The notes beneath the pieces are model-generated. The model was not told the origin of the DNA and searched no databases. It saw only the letters and a program-made list of their open reading frames with translations. A DNA stretch of 64,000 bases, from the NCBI GenBank assembly GCA_049601915.1, contig JBMYRB010000001.1, forward strand, positions 330,662 through 394,661, written 5' to 3'. The first letter of the stretch is position 1. Every line of letters begins with the position of its first letter. The translations under genes and the position numbers were made by a program. The DNA comes from Alphaproteobacteria bacterium (GTDB taxonomy: Bacteria > Pseudomonadota > Alphaproteobacteria > UBA6615). Positions 61,620-64,000 of the stretch are shown here, piece by piece.

Positions 61620-62072
61620 CTATACCTTGAGGCGCGTCCCGAACACCAAACGAAGCTTGGCCGGCGCCGAGGCCTCGAACGGCGCCAACACGATCAGTGG
61701 GAGTTCGATGCCCGCCAGGCGCACCACGCCGGGATCGGGAAGCCGCGCGACCCAGTCTTCGCCAGGGGCTACCAGATCACAAACGAGCCGCAGCGGCACC
61801 GCGTCCATATGAGGCAATTCGACGATGTCGATGCCGCGCGCCTCTATCTTCCCGGCGATGGTTTCCGGTGCACACGCCAGGAGCGTGTCGCCGACAGGGC
61901 GGAGCTCCGCCTGATCATCGGTCACGAGGCGCGCACCCTCGTCGATCAGGCGCAGCGCCAGGTCCGATTTCCCCACGCCGGACGGGCCACGTAACAACAC
62001 GCCCGACCACACACCGTCCACGTCTAGCAGGGCAACGCAGGTCGCGTGAACTCGAATATTATTCTTTGTCAT
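61620..62072 (-). CDS. hprK: HPr kinase/phosphorylase, short alphaproteobacterial form (C-terminal catalytic domain only)
   Basis: ATG at 62072. P-loop GVLLRGPSGVGKSDLAL. Confidence 0.85.
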   Translation of the reverse strand: MTKNNIRVHATCVALLDVDGVWSGVLLRGPSGVGKSDLALRLIDEGARLVTDDQAELRPVGDTLLACAPETIAGKIEARGIDIVELPHMDAVPLRLVCDLVAPGEDWVARLPDPGVVRLAGIELPLIVLAPFEASAPAKLRLVFGTRLKV

Positions 62073-62270
62073 GGACCTGTTCCCGGCTCCGCCGCGCACC
62101 ACATGCAATCCGTTCTAGCGCGCCCTTGCGCAGGTCTCCACAAGCGCGTGTAAGTTTTGCCCAAGCGGAACAACCGGATGCCGCAACACATGCTATATCA
62201 GCACCCGAACAAGGCCGGTGATCGGCCGGACAACCGCGTGTGACAACGCGTGCAGTGGAGAAGAGCAACA

Positions 62271-63392
62271 ATGAGCGACGAAAAGAAAACAATCGGCCTG
62301 GCGGTCATCGGCTGCGGTACGATCGGTCGAATCCGCGCGGAGTTTGCACGCGACTATCCCGGCATCGGCTGGCTCGGCCTGTGCGACATCAAGGACGATC
62401 TGCGCGAGCGGCTGGCCAACGACACCAACGCCGACTTCCACACCGCCAGCTTCGAGGAGCTGATCAAGCGACCCGAGGTCGACGCCGTGATCATCGCGAC
62501 CGATGAGAACCACCACATGGGCCCGACAGTCATGTCTGCGGACCTGGGCCATGCACTCTTCATCGAGAAGCCGCTGGCCACCGACGTGCGCGAATCCCTG
62601 GCGGTTCTCGGCGCGATCGAGACCAACGGCGTCGATGCCGTGGTCGGCTACACCCAGCGCTTCCGACGTCGCTTCCTGACCGTCAAGGAACGCCTCGTCA
62701 CCGGCCAGATCGGTGAAGTCACCGGCGTGGTCACCCGTGCGATCATGAACCGGATGGTTCCCATAGCGACGGTCGCGCGCACAAACCAGCGGGAGAATCT
62801 GACGCCGATGGTGGTGTCGGGCACCCACGCGCTGGACATGTGCATGTGGCTGATGGAGAACAAGACCCCGGTCTCGCTCTACGCCCAGTCGAACGACAAG
62901 GCCATGGCGCAATACGGCACCAAGGATTCCACCTTCGGTATCTTCACCATGGACGATGGCACGATGTTCTCCATGAACATCTCCTGGGCCGCCCCGATCA
63001 TCTGGCCGGGGGCCGTATACGGACTGGAGATCGGCATCATCGGCGATAAGGGCGTGATCGACATCGAGGACACCCATCGCGACATGATCATTGCGTCCGA
63101 GATACCTCAAGGTGCGGGCTATGCGCCGGACGGGTTCGAGCCCGAGTTCCAGCGCCATGTGGATTTCATGACCAGCTATCCGCCGGGAGATATCTACAAC
63201 AACCAGCTCTGGGGGCCGATGCGCGAGGAGACCTTCTCCTGGTATCAACGCCTGTGCGCAGGCCTCGACACACCCCACGCCACAGCCCAGGACGGCCACC
63301 GCAACCTCCTGCTCACAATGGCCATGGACAAATCGTCCCAGCTCGGCGAGAGAATCGACCTGCCGCTGGAAATCGACGACTATTACAAGTAG
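62271..63392 (+). CDS. Gfo/Idh/MocA family oxidoreductase
   Basis: N-terminal Rossmann motif IGLAVIGCGTIGR. Confidence 0.85.
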   Translation: MSDEKKTIGLAVIGCGTIGRIRAEFARDYPGIGWLGLCDIKDDLRERLANDTNADFHTASFEELIKRPEVDAVIIATDENHHMGPTVMSADLGHALFIEKPLATDVRESLAVLGAIETNGVDAVVGYTQRFRRRFLTVKERLVTGQIGEVTGVVTRAIMNRMVPIATVARTNQRENLTPMVVSGTHALDMCMWLMENKTPVSLYAQSNDKAMAQYGTKDSTFGIFTMDDGTMFSMNISWAAPIIWPGAVYGLEIGIIGDKGVIDIEDTHRDMIIASEIPQGAGYAPDGFEPEFQRHVDFMTSYPPGDIYNNQLWGPMREETFSWYQRLCAGLDTPHATAQDGHRNLLLTMAMDKSSQLGERIDLPLEIDDYYK

Positions 63393-63434
63393 CGCGTACA
63401 AAATACGCGCGACCGCTCATCTAAGGAATAAGTC

Positions 63435-63830
63435 ATGTCGGACACGCGAACCTGGGAGCATATGCTCGAACGGGCGAAGAACAACAACTTCCTCGGTAAG
63501 CAATTGTTCGTCGTCTTTACCTACCCCGCCAATGGGATGGAACCGATCATGGAGAACATCACCGAGCATCTCGCCTACCAGCGGATGCTCGAGGATACCG
63601 GTGTGATGTTTGCCGCCGGCCCCATGGGCGATCGCGGCGGCGAGACTTGGTCCGGTTCGGGCATGGTCGTTATCCGTGCGGAAAACTTTGCCGAGGCCGA
63701 GAAAATCGCCGCCGCAGATCCGATGCACGCATCCGGTGCACGCAACCATCATGTGCAGCCCTGGCTGGTGAATGAGGGCACCATCACGGTCAAGGTCGGC
63801 TTCGCATCGGGGTCGCGCGAACTGGACTGA
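63435..63830 (+). CDS. YciI family protein
   Basis: ATG at 63435 follows AAGGAATAAG. A 131-aa YciI-like alpha+beta fold. Confidence 0.65.
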   Translation: MSDTRTWEHMLERAKNNNFLGKQLFVVFTYPANGMEPIMENITEHLAYQRMLEDTGVMFAAGPMGDRGGETWSGSGMVVIRAENFAEAEKIAAADPMHASGARNHHVQPWLVNEGTITVKVGFASGSRELD

Positions 63831-64000
63831 CGTCACTGCGGCCACGGCAGATTGACGCCCTCAACACCGACACGTATTAAAAACGGGCTGACGACGCGCA
63901 TGTCCCGCGCTGCGGGACCCCCGGGGTCCTGTATGTCGACAGCGGGGAGGCGGATCGGTTCATGGCGAGAAAAGCCAAGTCCGAAAACACGGCAAAGCCG

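Noticed and set aside
63963-64000. Start of an ORF (MARKAKSENTAKP...) at the window edge
   Set aside because: It is too short to assign. It may be a real gene start, but there is no basis for a call.

Overview
High-GC (about 65%) alphaproteobacterial chromosomal segment. Most of it is conserved housekeeping synteny, interrupted by two accessory stretches.

Core blocks:
- kdsD(partial)-lptC-lptA-lptB-rpoN-hpf-ptsN.
- A DUF1150/hsp20 heat-shock pair with a sigma32-type promoter and a ROSE-like 5' UTR.
- aroA-cmk-rpsA-sppA-ihfB-lapA.
- pyrF-trpF-trpB-trpA-accD-folC.
- trxA-addA-addB-tsaE and ahcY.
- Two tandem paralogous porin genes.
- The alphaproteobacterial regulatory PTS cluster hprK-rapZ-EIIA(Man)-hpr.

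Accessory content:
- A tightly packed seven-gene minus-strand operon (16339..23901) encoding MFS transporter, GT2 glycosyltransferase, DUF2064 protein, radical-SAM/Cys-rich protein, APH-family kinase, ABC substrate-binding protein and fused ABC permease. The rSAM/DUF2064/GT2 trio matches the TIGR04167/TIGR04282/TIGR04283 signature tied to arsenosugar-type biosynthesis, but here it sits in a new uptake-plus-kinase context with no arsM. An MtaD-like amidohydrolase lies directly upstream.
- A DsbA/FrnE-family gene whose catalytic CPWC motif reads TGA-PWC in frame, with a small hairpin just downstream. It is either a candidate selenoprotein or a nonsense pseudogene.
- A 2OG-Fe(II) oxygenase relic with one frameshift and two in-frame stops, next to a Cys-less BCP-like redoxin.
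- A small-enzyme detox island (24080..31131) bounded by REP-like palindromic elements and a tRNA-Ala(GGC).

No CRISPR array, transposase, integrase or recognizable defence system was seen.
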